Positions 15,708 to 25,406 of a stretch of 40,334 nucleotides of DNA are shown here, in pieces (position 1 is the first letter of the stretch; each line of letters starts with the position of its first letter). The position numbers and the translations under genes are program-made. Origin of the DNA: Bacteroidales bacterium (GTDB lineage: Bacteria; Bacteroidota; Bacteroidia; Bacteroidales; UBA932); the NCBI GenBank assembly GCA_024401795.1, contig JAKSKJ010000001.1, positions 1 through 40,334 on the forward strand. Reading direction: 5' to 3'. Below the pieces are notes generated by a model, which saw nothing but the letters and a program-made list of their open reading frames with translations, had not been told where the DNA came from and did no database searches.

Positions 15708-17528
15708 ATGAACAAATATCCCAAAATCGGTATCCGCCCGACCATAGATGGTCGCCAGGGCGGTGTGAGAGAAGCTCTTGAGGAGAAGACAATGGCTCTG
15801 GCCAATGCAGTCAAAAACCTCATTGAGAGCAATTTGAAGAATGGTGACGGATCACCCGTCGAGTGCGTGATTGCTGACAGCACCATCGGCCGTGTCGCCG
15901 AATCGGCGGCCTGCCAGGAAAAGTTCGAGCGCGAGGGCGTAGGCTCCACCATTTCCGTCACTTCCTGCTGGTGCTATGGCTCTGAGACAATGGATATGAA
16001 CCCTCATTGGCCCAAAGCTGTGTGGGGCTTCAACGGAACGGAGCGCCCCGGTGCCGTGTATCTGGCAGCTGTGCTTGCCGCTCACGCACAGAAGGGTCTT
16101 CCCGCATTCGGCATCTACGGGCACGACGTACAGGATTTGGACGACAACAGCATTCCCGCCGACGTGGCCGAGAAGATTCTGCGCTGGGCACGCGCCGCAC
16201 AGGCTGTAGCCACAATGCGCGGCAAGAGTTACCTCAGCCTCGGAAACACCTGTATGGGTATCGCCGGCTCCATCGTCAACGCCGATTTCCTCCAGAAATA
16301 TCTTGGAATGCGCACCGAGTACGTTTCCCTCGTTGAAATACTCCGGCGCGTTGACTTCAACATCTTCGACCCCGATGAATTCAAAAGAGCAATGGAGTGG
16401 GTTGAGAAATACTGCAAACCGCAGGAAGGCCACGACTACAACGAAGACCGCGCCCTCTTCCCCGGCACCCCGATGACCACTTTCAACGGAAAAGGCAAGG
16501 GAAAGAACCGTGCCGAGAAAGATGCGGACTGGGAGTTCACGGTGAAGAATATGATGATTATCCGCGACCTTATGGAAGGCAATCCCAAGCTGCTCAAAAT
16601 GGGCTACAAGGAAGAAGCTCTCGGCCACAATGCCATCGCGGGCGGTGTCCAGGGACAGCGCCAGTGGACCGACTACAAGCCCAATTTCGACTTCCCCGAG
16701 TCACTGATGTGCTCCTCATTCGACTGGAACGGAATTCGCGAGGCCAAGATTCTCGCAACGGAGAATGACTTCTGCAACGGTATGTCAATGCTCTTCGGCC
16801 ATCTCCTGACCGGTCGCGGAGTTATGTTCAGCGACGTGCGCACATACTGGAGCCCGGAGGCCGTCAAGCGCGTCACCGGCAAGGCTCCCGAAGGACTTGC
16901 GGAAGGAGGATTCATCCACCTCATCAATTCCGGCGCCACGACACTTGACGCCACCGGCGCCATGACCGATGCGGACGGCAAGCCGACAATCAAGGCTCCC
17001 TGGGATATGACGCAGAAAGATGTGGAAGCCTGCCTCGCCGCCACCAACTGGATGCCGGCAGACCGCGACTACTTCCGTGGCGGCGGATATTCCGCACACT
17101 TCGTCACACGCGGAGGCATTCCTATGACTATGATGCGCCTCAATATGGTCGAGGGTCTCGGTCCCGTCCTGCAGATTGCCGAGGGATGGAGCGCCGAACT
17201 CCCGAAAGAGCAGCACGACATTCTTGACAAACGTACGGATCCCACCTGGCCCACAACCTGGTTCGTTCCCCGCACAGACGCATCCAAGGATGCATTCAAG
17301 GACGTTTACAGCGTAATGAACAACTGGGGCGCCAACCACGGTGCAATCGCTTACGGCCACATCGGCGCAGACCTCATCACGCTGGCTTCGATGCTCCGTA
17401 TCCCCGTCTGTATGCACAACGTTCCCGAGGACAAGATTTTCCGTCCTGCGGCCTGGAACGCATTCGGTATGGACAAGGAGGGTGCCGATTTCCGCGCCTG
17501 CGCCAATTTCGGACCCCTTTACAAATAA
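15708..17528 (+). CDS. fucI: L-fucose isomerase
   Basis: [53 protein letters not shown] and WGANHGA motifs. Confidence 0.98.
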   Translation: MNKYPKIGIRPTIDGRQGGVREALEEKTMALANAVKNLIESNLKNGDGSPVECVIADSTIGRVAESAACQEKFEREGVGSTISVTSCWCYGSETMDMNPHWPKAVWGFNGTERPGAVYLAAVLAAHAQKGLPAFGIYGHDVQDLDDNSIPADVAEKILRWARAAQAVATMRGKSYLSLGNTCMGIAGSIVNADFLQKYLGMRTEYVSLVEILRRVDFNIFDPDEFKRAMEWVEKYCKPQEGHDYNEDRALFPGTPMTTFNGKGKGKNRAEKDADWEFTVKNMMIIRDLMEGNPKLLKMGYKEEALGHNAIAGGVQGQRQWTDYKPNFDFPESLMCSSFDWNGIREAKILATENDFCNGMSMLFGHLLTGRGVMFSDVRTYWSPEAVKRVTGKAPEGLAEGGFIHLINSGATTLDATGAMTDADGKPTIKAPWDMTQKDVEACLAATNWMPADRDYFRGGGYSAHFVTRGGIPMTMMRLNMVEGLGPVLQIAEGWSAELPKEQHDILDKRTDPTWPTTWFVPRTDASKDAFKDVYSVMNNWGANHGAIAYGHIGADLITLASMLRIPVCMHNVPEDKIFRPAAWNAFGMDKEGADFRACANFGPLYK

Positions 17529-17534
17529 TTGAAT

Positions 17535-17963
17535 ATGGAAGAAAAACAGAAAAGCTACCTGTTTGAGGCGGCAAGATGGGAGAAATTCCTTGGAGTCCTG
17601 ACGGTCATATCGTCAATTCTGGTAGCCGTGCTCGGCGTATTCTTCATTGCCGGCAACGGTTTGCTGACAAAATCAGGGCCTGCCGAAGCTGCAGGTACAT
17701 TGAAGTTCACCTACGTTGCATCAGGCATACTGTATCTTGCATTGGCAGTGGTAATGCAGTTCCCGGCGAAGTTCCTTCTCTCTTCTGCCAAATCACTGAA
17801 ATCCGGCCTCGTTTCAGAAGATGAAGCGGCCGTAACCAATGGTCTGAAGAACTGCAAGTCCTACCTCAAGTTTACGGCAATCTACACCCTTGTCGGTCTT
17901 GCTGTCGCCGCTGTGGTTCTGGTCATTGCGGCCATCGTCATCGGATTGGCACTCGCCGCTTAA
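17535..17963 (+). CDS. Small three-TM membrane protein (DUF5362-like)
   Basis: YLFEAARWEKFLGV, FPAKFL and KSYLKF pattern with three hydrophobic helices. Confidence 0.65.
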   Translation: MEEKQKSYLFEAARWEKFLGVLTVISSILVAVLGVFFIAGNGLLTKSGPAEAAGTLKFTYVASGILYLALAVVMQFPAKFLLSSAKSLKSGLVSEDEAAVTNGLKNCKSYLKFTAIYTLVGLAVAAVVLVIAAIVIGLALAA

Positions 17964-17980
17964 ATTTGAACGCGGATTCG

Positions 17981-18019
17981 TAAAAAAACGGGATGGCATT
18001 TCAGTCATCCCGTTTTTTA
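17981..18019. terminator. Bidirectional intrinsic terminator
   Basis: TAAAAAAACGGGATGGC-atttca-GTCATCCCGTTTTTTA between convergent genes. Confidence 0.9.
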
Positions 18020-18021
18020 AA

Positions 18022-19053
18022 TTATTCCTGATTGTGCTGCTTCTGCCACTTGTCGAGCGCAAGCTGCTGCATATCCACGACGACGTCGCGTTCATCCACG
18101 ATTTCGTCTCCTAAGACGGTCTCGATGATATCCTCCATTGTAAGAAGCCCCTGGAAAGAGCCGTATTCGTTGATGATGATTGCCATCTGCTCCTTGCTTT
18201 TGAGCATATCGTCCCATATCCTGTCTATCGTGGTCTCTTCCGGGAAACTTGACACTTCCCTCTTTATCTCGGAAAGCCTGCAGTCGAATTTGTCTTCAGC
18301 CATCAGCTGGAGCGCATCCATCCGCAGGATATAGCCGGTGATATACTCGTCGTTATCGGCATAGACAGGTATGCGGCTGTGGTGCAGGAACCTGCGGTCC
18401 TTGTAGAATTTCTTGATGGTCATTGACTCCGGGGCTATGGCAGCCACGACGCGCGGTGTCATGGCATCCTTCGCCTCTATCTCGTCGATGTTTATGATGT
18501 TCTGGATAATTTCGTTTTCATCCTCCTCAAGCTCCCCCGTTTCCTCGGCCACGTCCGCCATGGCGCCAATCTCATCCCTCGAAACGCTGACGTCAGTTTT
18601 ACCACGGGAAAACATCTTCTGCAGAAATTCGACGGATATGACGATAGGATAAAGGATTATTATAAGAATCCGGATTGAGCCGGCAGTAAACGCAGTGAGT
18701 GATTTCCAATGTGACGAGCCGATGGTCTTAGGTATAATTTCCGAAAATACCAGAATGAGAATGGTGGTCACGGCACTCACCAATCCGAACCACTCCGAAC
18801 CGAATATCACCGTAGCCTGCTTTCCAACGCCGGCGGCACCTATCGTATTTGCAATCGTATTCAATGAAAGGATTGCGGCCAGCGGACGTGATGAGTCAAG
18901 TTTATACTGCTTGAATCTTGCCGCCGCCCTGAGGCCTTCCTCTTCTTTCAGCGTGATGTAGGATATCGGAGTGCTCATAAGGGATGCTTCAAGAATCGAG
19001 CATAGGAAAGAGATGCTCAAAGCACCGAGCAGAAAAACAATCAATTCGGTCAT
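18022..19053 (-). CDS. CNNM/CorC-like (DUF21 + CBS) membrane protein
   Basis: SFLCSILEASL, AILSLNTIANT, SEIIPKT, MTPR, HSRIPVY and GLLTMEDIIE motifs. Confidence 0.92.
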   Translation of the reverse strand: MTELIVFLLGALSISFLCSILEASLMSTPISYITLKEEEGLRAAARFKQYKLDSSRPLAAILSLNTIANTIGAAGVGKQATVIFGSEWFGLVSAVTTILILVFSEIIPKTIGSSHWKSLTAFTAGSIRILIIILYPIVISVEFLQKMFSRGKTDVSVSRDEIGAMADVAEETGELEEDENEIIQNIINIDEIEAKDAMTPRVVAAIAPESMTIKKFYKDRRFLHHSRIPVYADNDEYITGYILRMDALQLMAEDKFDCRLSEIKREVSSFPEETTIDRIWDDMLKSKEQMAIIINEYGSFQGLLTMEDIIETVLGDEIVDERDVVVDMQQLALDKWQKQHNQE

Positions 19054-19059
19054 ACTCTG

Positions 19060-19089
19060 CAAATATAGCACTTTTTTTTACGATATTTG
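19060..19089. promoter_or_regulatory. Back-to-back -7 promoter pair
   Basis: caaatata at 19060-67 (TATATTTG on -) and GATATTTG at 19082-89 (+, one mismatch). Confidence 0.65.
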
Positions 19090-19093
19090 CAGA

Positions 19094-20440
19094 ATGAAAG
19101 GATTGAGGATATGCTTTATTCTGGCCCTGTTCCTTCCGATAGAAGCATCGGCCCAGTTTGCCGACACCCTCAATGTCACCTATGGTCTGCCCGCAGTACG
19201 GACAGAATCGTGGCATACAGGAAAGAAAATCGGCCTTTCCTTCATTGAAGGCCAGGCTTTCAATACCGCATTCCTTCTCTTCGACAAACACATCCTGAAA
19301 GCGGATTATGCCCAGGTCACCTTCGAAAAGATAAAACAGAACCTGGAGTTCGGTACAGGTTGGGACAATGATGCCGTTGGCATAAATATGATCGGCCATC
19401 CGGCGCAGGGAGCCGTTTACCATATAATCAACCGCCTCAACGGAATCAGTTTCTGGGGGTCGCTGCCAATCACATTCATTGATTCCGCCATCTGGGAATT
19501 TCTGTGCGAAACGGAGCCTCCGTCCCCCAACGATTTCTTCACGACTTCCTGGAACGGCATAATAGTGGGAGAAGCACTCTGGCGCATCGGCAATTATGCC
19601 GTCTACAAATCAGCGCGCAAAGGGGTGGATTTCAGCCTGAAAGCCGGTTTGGGAGCAAGAGCAGTCACGGAACTTTACCATTCGATTCCGCCCCCGGCCA
19701 ATTCCCCTGCGGCAGGAGCGGGAGCATCCCTGACAGTAGATGTCGTTTACGGAGACAGGCTTCACGTCAGGAACAACGCACCGATGAATTTCTTCGACCT
19801 GCATCTGACCGCTTCCGTAGGCACAGGTCAATCCCCTATCGGGGAATTCACGCTGCTCGGCAGGCTTTGGGGAACGGAACTTGAGGTCAAAAAGGGAGAG
19901 GCGCTGTTCGGCATATTCGACCATATGAGCACCTTCCTGTCCGAAAGCTGGACGGAAAAGCGCGCGCCCTACAGATGCTCGGAAGCCACATCGGCAGGCC
20001 CCGGCATCATTTACTCCCACAACGGATTCACGACGGGGGCATTCGTCTCGGCAACCCTTATAGGAGCCGCCACAACAGATTACTACAACGTATATGACCG
20101 CGACTACAACTTCGGCAGCGGATACAGCATCAAAAGCCTCAACACATTCGAAGCTTCCGAAGCATTCTCCGTGGCATTGAATTTCAGGCATTATCAGCTT
20201 TTCACTTTCTGGGGAGACAAGCCTACCGACATTCCAGACAGGCATTATGTCAACTCAATGGGCGACAACGGGACGACTCTTACGGAAGTCCTGAATCTGA
20301 AGGCAATCTTCAAACCCATCAAACATTTCGGAATCGAACTGAGTGCCTTCTTCATCCACCGCAGTTCGTTCTACAGGATACACCCTCCGGCAAAAGCATC
20401 ACATCTCACGGCCGAACTGGGCCTGAGATATTGCTTGTAA
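19094..20440 (+). CDS. DUF3943-like exported/outer-membrane protein
   Basis: Signal peptide MKGLRICFILALFLPIEASAQ, WDND..N..GHP.QG..Y, WE..CETEPPS.ND motifs and a beta-rich C-terminus. Confidence 0.7.
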   Translation: MKGLRICFILALFLPIEASAQFADTLNVTYGLPAVRTESWHTGKKIGLSFIEGQAFNTAFLLFDKHILKADYAQVTFEKIKQNLEFGTGWDNDAVGINMIGHPAQGAVYHIINRLNGISFWGSLPITFIDSAIWEFLCETEPPSPNDFFTTSWNGIIVGEALWRIGNYAVYKSARKGVDFSLKAGLGARAVTELYHSIPPPANSPAAGAGASLTVDVVYGDRLHVRNNAPMNFFDLHLTASVGTGQSPIGEFTLLGRLWGTELEVKKGEALFGIFDHMSTFLSESWTEKRAPYRCSEATSAGPGIIYSHNGFTTGAFVSATLIGAATTDYYNVYDRDYNFGSGYSIKSLNTFEASEAFSVALNFRHYQLFTFWGDKPTDIPDRHYVNSMGDNGTTLTEVLNLKAIFKPIKHFGIELSAFFIHRSSFYRIHPPAKASHLTAELGLRYCL

Positions 20441-20461
20441 TCAAGAAATTGAAGGGATTTG

Positions 20462-20534
20462 AGCCACTTGTCAGGCTTGAACTGACGACCTTCGCGTTAC
20501 GAATGCGATGCTCTACCGACTGAGCTAAAGTGGC
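20462..20534 (-). tRNA. tRNA-Thr (anticodon CGT)
   Basis: Reverse complement GCCACTTTAGCTCAGTCGGTAGAGCATCGCATT-CGT-AACGCGAAGGTCGTCAGTTCAAGCCTGACAAGTGGCT folds as a 73-nt cloverleaf. TATCTTTG promoter at 20545-20552. Confidence 0.96.
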
Positions 20535-20580
20535 AATGCGGATGCAAAGATAGAAAAAAAACTTAATATCCCAATCCCAC

Positions 20581-21549
20581 TTATATATTCGCACCAACCG
20601 ACAAGGCCGCGTAATCACCTATGGATTCGCCCAACGCGGCGGGAACCACACGGCATACCTTATTGGCGAGCGGCAGCGATTCCCGGTCCAGCACCTGCTG
20701 CATCAGGGGTTTGAAAACCTCCTCGTTACGGGCATAAATGCTCCCTATCACTATCACCTCCGGATTGATGATATCTATGAGAACAGACAGACCGACTCCC
20801 AGATATCTTGCGGAGATCGCATATATTTCCCGGGCCAGAGCATCTCCGGCATACATTGCCTCCGCGACCTTCTTTGCCGTTATGCCCTCTATATCGCCAT
20901 CGGGACACCAGTCCACGGGAACTCCCATCTGCAAGCGCTCCCTCACCGCACTCTGGGCCAGTTGACGTATTCCCGAGCCGCTGCAGAACCCCTCGAACGA
21001 ACCGGCCTTGCCGTAACCTACCGGACCGAAATCCGCCAGACGGATGTGTCCAAGTTCTCCGGCGTTGTCATTCGTGCCCGTATAAAGCCTCCCGTCCAGA
21101 ATCAACCCGGCACCAAGTCCGGTACCGAAGGTCAGGAAAGCCATATTGCGTGTGCCCTTACCCGCCCCGAACGTCCACTCCGCAAGAGCGCAGGCGTTGG
21201 CATCATTATGAATGGCGGCTTTGACTCCGAATTCATCTGACAGAATCTTCACAATCGGAACATTGTCCCAACCCGGCAGGTTCGGTGGTGACATCACCAC
21301 TCCCGAAGCGCTGTCAAGCGGCCCGCCGCAACTGATGCCTATAGAATATATATCGCTACAAGTCAAAGAATTGCGTTCAATCACCCTATGCAGGGCCGCC
21401 TTGATGTTCTCTATGGTTGCGGCACAATCCGTCGTCGCGAAACTTTCCTTGTCAAGCACCTCTATTTCCGACGGCCCGGCGCTGCGCCCGTATGTAACGG
21501 CGCACTTCGTTCCGCCGATATCCACTCCCAAAATATTCCTTGTTTCCAT
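20581..21549 (-). CDS. ROK family sugar kinase
   Basis: GVDIGGTK, GISCGGP, PNLPGW, NDANACALAE, GTGLGAG and GELGH motifs. No HTH domain. Confidence 0.92.
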   Translation of the reverse strand: METRNILGVDIGGTKCAVTYGRSAGPSEIEVLDKESFATTDCAATIENIKAALHRVIERNSLTCSDIYSIGISCGGPLDSASGVVMSPPNLPGWDNVPIVKILSDEFGVKAAIHNDANACALAEWTFGAGKGTRNMAFLTFGTGLGAGLILDGRLYTGTNDNAGELGHIRLADFGPVGYGKAGSFEGFCSGSGIRQLAQSAVRERLQMGVPVDWCPDGDIEGITAKKVAEAMYAGDALAREIYAISARYLGVGLSVLIDIINPEVIVIGSIYARNEEVFKPLMQQVLDRESLPLANKVCRVVPAALGESIGDYAALSVGANI

Positions 21550-21573
21550 AATATTAAATAATATTTGTCATAC

Positions 21574-21696
21574 TCTGTCAGATATTTGGCCCCTCCGGGA
21601 CAAACTTTCTTTGGATTAATTGCCCCATCGGGGCCAAACACCTGACAGAACAGACTTCCTTCAAATCAATTGCCCCATCGGGGCCGAATACCTGAC
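21574..21696. repeat. Cluster of three ~29-bp REP-like palindromic units (one inverted, two direct)
   Basis: AATTGCCCCATCGGGGCC(A/G)AA(C/T)ACCTGAC at 21618-21646 and 21668-21696 (27/29 identical, period 50), plus a diverged inverted copy at 21575-21604. Confidence 0.8.
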
Positions 21697-21705
21697 GTAT
21701 CAAAT

Positions 21706-23052
21706 CTAATGCTTCGGAGCATACTTGTACTCTGCAATCTTCTTATTGTCAACCATATTGAACACCTGCACCTTCAAACTGCCCCCCGCAACCTTCACAT
21801 CCACCAGCGTCGGATACTCATCAACTGATTTCTCGCCCGTCATATGAGGACCGCCAGCTATGATTTCCGCCCAGGAATGGTCGAAGCAAGGTGCTTCATA
21901 ACGGAATTTGTGCTGATGACCGGTGATGACCAGCTGGCAGCCGGCCTTTTCGAGGAGCGGACCCCACAACTGGAAACAGGCCCTCTGCCAATGGGCAAAA
22001 TCGGTAGTATATCTCGGGTCTTTGTCGGCAGGATGGATATCTCCCGGGTTCTGGTCTCCCCTCGAATCATAGAGGGGAATGTGGCAGCAGGCCACCAGAT
22101 AAGGAGCCGAGGCTATCTCCGGCCTCTTGAGAGCATCCTCCAGCCACAGTTTCTGAGCCTCGCGGTAAGGCTCGCTGTTGAAAAGTCCGCAGAAAATGGG
22201 ATTGCTGTCAACCTTGTCTTCGGCAGTATCAAGCCCCACAATGGCTATGTCTCCCACCCTTACTGCAAAATTCCGTCCCAAATCCCAATCGCGGGAACTG
22301 CGCTCCTCCGGCTGACGGAACATCCAGACCTTTTCAAGATGCCTGTTGGCAAGTCCCCTGTTCTCGTGATTGCCGGGGCAGAACAGATAAGGTCTCGATG
22401 CCGCATAATCCTTGATTGAAACGTCCGGAGCAAGATAAACGGAAATCTGCTTGTCTATATCCTCGGCGGTGCTGATCATATCGCCGTTCGCCACAACGCA
22501 CGCTGGATTCAACTTATCGATTTTCCGGTAAAGCGCATCATATGCATCCATCTTGGCGTGAACGTCATTGATGACGCAGAAATGGGACTTGACACTTTCT
22601 CCGGCAGTAGTGAAACTGTATATCCGGTCTCCGGCCTCAGAAGCCTCGACAATCATTTTGTGTCCGTGCACATAGTTGATTCTGTCGGCCCCGATACGGT
22701 AATAGTACTTCGTGGCAGGCTTGAGGCCCGTGAGTCTCACGAGCATTGCCTTGTCATTCATATCAGTAACCCTGAATCCGCCGCACTTTACAGTCTTCCC
22801 ATCGCTCAAATCAGGCTTCAGCCCGTATGTCACGTATCCGTTCGCCATTGCCGACACGGCGAAAGCCACTCCAATGGAGGTTTCGGCGAAATTCTGGAGC
22901 ATCGGAGCCGAAACAATGAGTTTACCGTCAGCGGGAGCATCCGTACTCTGCTCCTTCCGGTCCTGTTTCTCCCCGGACGCCATAGCATCCAATCCAAGGC
23001 CGAGCCCCACAGCGGCAACGGCCGAAGTTTTCAAAAAATCTCTTCTATCCAT
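21706..23052 (-). CDS. Tat-exported metallophosphoesterase with FN3-like domain (purple acid phosphatase-like)
   Basis: MDRRDFLK Tat signal, GLKPATKYYYRIG FN3 motif and NDVH / NGD / GNHE / H / GHQH calcineurin-like motifs. Confidence 0.9.
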   Translation of the reverse strand: MDRRDFLKTSAVAAVGLGLGLDAMASGEKQDRKEQSTDAPADGKLIVSAPMLQNFAETSIGVAFAVSAMANGYVTYGLKPDLSDGKTVKCGGFRVTDMNDKAMLVRLTGLKPATKYYYRIGADRINYVHGHKMIVEASEAGDRIYSFTTAGESVKSHFCVINDVHAKMDAYDALYRKIDKLNPACVVANGDMISTAEDIDKQISVYLAPDVSIKDYAASRPYLFCPGNHENRGLANRHLEKVWMFRQPEERSSRDWDLGRNFAVRVGDIAIVGLDTAEDKVDSNPIFCGLFNSEPYREAQKLWLEDALKRPEIASAPYLVACCHIPLYDSRGDQNPGDIHPADKDPRYTTDFAHWQRACFQLWGPLLEKAGCQLVITGHQHKFRYEAPCFDHSWAEIIAGGPHMTGEKSVDEYPTLVDVKVAGGSLKVQVFNMVDNKKIAEYKYAPKH

Positions 23053-23061
23053 ATCATTAAA

Positions 23062-25266
23062 TTAATTTGCTTTCAAATACAGCACCCGGCTGGCATAATC
23101 CGACTTGAGATCCGACCTCACATCGTGCACGACGGGGGCGATTTCCAGGCCGTTCTCCATAAGGAACTTTCCGGAAAAACTCTTGCCCTCGAAAGAAAGC
23201 GGTTTGTCGTCTATCCTGTTGAGTTCCTCCACAGTGTACATCCTGTCCGGGTCAAGGCCCTGCATCTTCACACGCGGATAACGGCTGCCGTACAGGCTGT
23301 TTATCCTGTACCAATAGAATACGGCATCAGACTTGTTTTCAGCCACATACATAAGAGAGGCTATGCCAAGGTCATCATAAGGCGATACAAGTCTGTATAT
23401 GTCTCCAAACTGTACGACGGGACGGATGCGCTTGTAATCTGCTATCACCTTCCGGCAGAAATCCCTGTCCGCCTCACTCATCCTGCTGGGCTGAATCTCC
23501 ATTCCAAGCCGTGCGCTCATAGCCACGTCGCAGCGGAATTTCAAAGGAACAGCCCTGTGCGTCTGGTGGTTGGGAACGGCACTGATGTGTGAGGCCATTG
23601 CCATTGCAGGGAAGAAATAAGAAGAACCCCACTGCATATAGATGCGCTGGAGGGCATCGGTGTTGTCGCTTACCCAGAATTCGTCGAACCAGGGAAGCAC
23701 GCCCCAGTTGGCCCGGCCTCCACCGCTTGCGCAGGCCTGAATCGTCAAATCGGGATACTTGGTACGGATCCTGTCAAGAGTCGCATACAAACCGTTCCAA
23801 TAGGCCATTTCCAGATGGCTCTGATGTTTGAGCCGGTTGCTGCCGTACTCGCGCACGTTCATATTGGCATCCCACTTTATGTAATCGATGTCGGGATTCT
23901 CCGTCATCAGATTGTCAACCACGGAAAATACGAAATCCTGAACCGCAGGGTTGCCCAGATCGAGCACAAGCTGTGTGCCGCCACGTCCGGTGACGGGTTC
24001 CCTGTTGGCCGCATGAAGCACCCAATCGGGATGAGCCTCATACAGTTCCGACATTGTATTTGTCATTTCCGGTTCTATCCAGATGCCGAATCTGATGCCG
24101 TGGGCATCGGCGCGCTTCACCAGCCAGCCTATTCCGTTGGGAAGTTTCTTCCTGTCCACGAACCAGTCTCCCAGTCCCCTGTCATCGGTAATGCGGGCAT
24201 ATTTGCCTCCGAACCAGCCGTCATCCATAACGAAAAGTTCTCCGCCCATAGACGCGATGTCGGACATCATTCCGTCCATAGCGGGTTCGTTGATGTCAAA
24301 ATAAACCCCTTCCCAACTGTTAAGGAGCACCTTCCTCTCCACGTTGCCGTGCGCCAGACGGTATTTCCTCCCCCATCTGTGGAAATTGCGTGACACGCCG
24401 CTCAAACCCTCATCCGAGAAAGAGTATGCCAACGCCGGAGTCTTCAATGTCTCGCCTGCGGCAAGATGGTATTCGGAATTGTCCGGGCATACGCCGGCCT
24501 GAAAAGTGGCATAATTGCTGTTGAAACAATTGAATTCCAGAACGTAGTTGCCGCCCCATTCCAATGCCGCCCCTATCACGCGTCCGCTGTTCTCCTGAGG
24601 CTTTCCGTCAAGGCTTATCATCGCCTCCGCCCGTGAAGTGTGTCCGTTCCGCACCCCGTCGATATTCTTCACCATCCTTATCCCTCTGGCAAGAGGTTCG
24701 GTGAGAAGGGTGCCCTCATTGCCCCAGGAGCCGTATTGCGTCACTGTCCATACATTTCCGACCCTTATCGGAAGGGTTCCGGACATATATCTGTTGACCA
24801 CAATCTCCGAGCTGGCCTTTTTGCGGGCGACGGCATCGTTGCTGATTTCCGCCCAGGTTTCGAAAACGTCCTCCTTCCCGTAGGATTTGAAGAAGTTGCG
24901 CACCGTAACGGGGTAATGCCTGTCCCGGCTGGTGACCGTCAGCAGTTTACCCCCTTCCCATTCCGACACTTCGGTGCCGACGACGCAGAGGTCCAGAGTC
25001 CTGTTGCCGTCCGCCTGGGTTATGGAAATGGCGCAGGAACTCTCACCTTCGTCGCAATATGCGGAATATGCCTTGACAGGCCCGTATCCGGCGGCGGCGA
25101 GACCGGCGGCGTCATCGGCTCCGAGCCTCGGGCCGAAAAAGATGATACCCAGAGGGCGATTCCCGTCATTATCTACGACAAGGGATGTGTGTTCGGTGTT
25201 CAGCACTGTCTGCGCGAACATCGGGCCGCAAAGGAGAAGCAGCGAAAGACTGATGATTTTCTTCAT
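23062..25266 (-). CDS. Alpha-galactosidase, glycoside hydrolase family 36
   Basis: LLNSWEGVYF, ELFVMDDGWFG, GIWIEPEM, YIKWDAN, CASGGGR and WVSDNTD motifs with a signal peptide. Confidence 0.95.
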   Translation of the reverse strand: MKKIISLSLLLLCGPMFAQTVLNTEHTSLVVDNDGNRPLGIIFFGPRLGADDAAGLAAAGYGPVKAYSAYCDEGESSCAISITQADGNRTLDLCVVGTEVSEWEGGKLLTVTSRDRHYPVTVRNFFKSYGKEDVFETWAEISNDAVARKKASSEIVVNRYMSGTLPIRVGNVWTVTQYGSWGNEGTLLTEPLARGIRMVKNIDGVRNGHTSRAEAMISLDGKPQENSGRVIGAALEWGGNYVLEFNCFNSNYATFQAGVCPDNSEYHLAAGETLKTPALAYSFSDEGLSGVSRNFHRWGRKYRLAHGNVERKVLLNSWEGVYFDINEPAMDGMMSDIASMGGELFVMDDGWFGGKYARITDDRGLGDWFVDRKKLPNGIGWLVKRADAHGIRFGIWIEPEMTNTMSELYEAHPDWVLHAANREPVTGRGGTQLVLDLGNPAVQDFVFSVVDNLMTENPDIDYIKWDANMNVREYGSNRLKHQSHLEMAYWNGLYATLDRIRTKYPDLTIQACASGGGRANWGVLPWFDEFWVSDNTDALQRIYMQWGSSYFFPAMAMASHISAVPNHQTHRAVPLKFRCDVAMSARLGMEIQPSRMSEADRDFCRKVIADYKRIRPVVQFGDIYRLVSPYDDLGIASLMYVAENKSDAVFYWYRINSLYGSRYPRVKMQGLDPDRMYTVEELNRIDDKPLSFEGKSFSGKFLMENGLEIAPVVHDVRSDLKSDYASRVLYLKAN

Positions 25267-25270
25267 ACTG

Positions 25271-25298
25271 CGAATTTAACAAATTATTTATATATTTG
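25271..25298. promoter_or_regulatory. Back-to-back -7 promoter pair (GH36 / ffs)
   Basis: cgaattta at 25271-78 (TAAATTCG on -) and tatatttg at 25291-98 (+). Confidence 0.7.
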
Positions 25299-25302
25299 CA
25301 TC

Positions 25303-25399
25303 GGGAAAGTCGTACACGACCAGCTCCCTCCGAACTCCCCCAGGGCAGGAATGCAGCAAGGGTACGAGGTTGTAGCGGTGCGATGTGCTAAGCTTTCCC
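25303..25399 (+). ncRNA. ffs: Small signal recognition particle RNA (4.5S)
   Basis: Long hairpin closed by GGGAAAG/CTTTCCC. Helix 8 signature CAGG-GCA-GGAA-TGC-AGCA (GNRA tetraloop plus the Ffh-binding symmetric loop). -7 promoter immediately upstream and T7 run downstream. Confidence 0.9.
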
Positions 25400-25406
25400 T
25401 TTTTTT

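Noticed and set aside
20490-20510. A31-C39 mismatch in the tRNA-Thr anticodon stem as a sign of a pseudo-tRNA
   Set aside because: The rest of the cloverleaf and the promoter are intact, and a single mismatch at this position is tolerated.
19094-20534. Genomic island integrated at tRNA-Thr or tRNA-Ser
   Set aside because: No integrase and no duplicated tRNA 3' end (att site) is visible, and the flanking genes look native.
21618-21696. Possible mini-CRISPR (29-bp repeats with a 21-bp spacer)
   Set aside because: There are only two direct copies plus an inverted one, the spacer is short, and no cas genes or leader are present. A REP-like cluster fits better.
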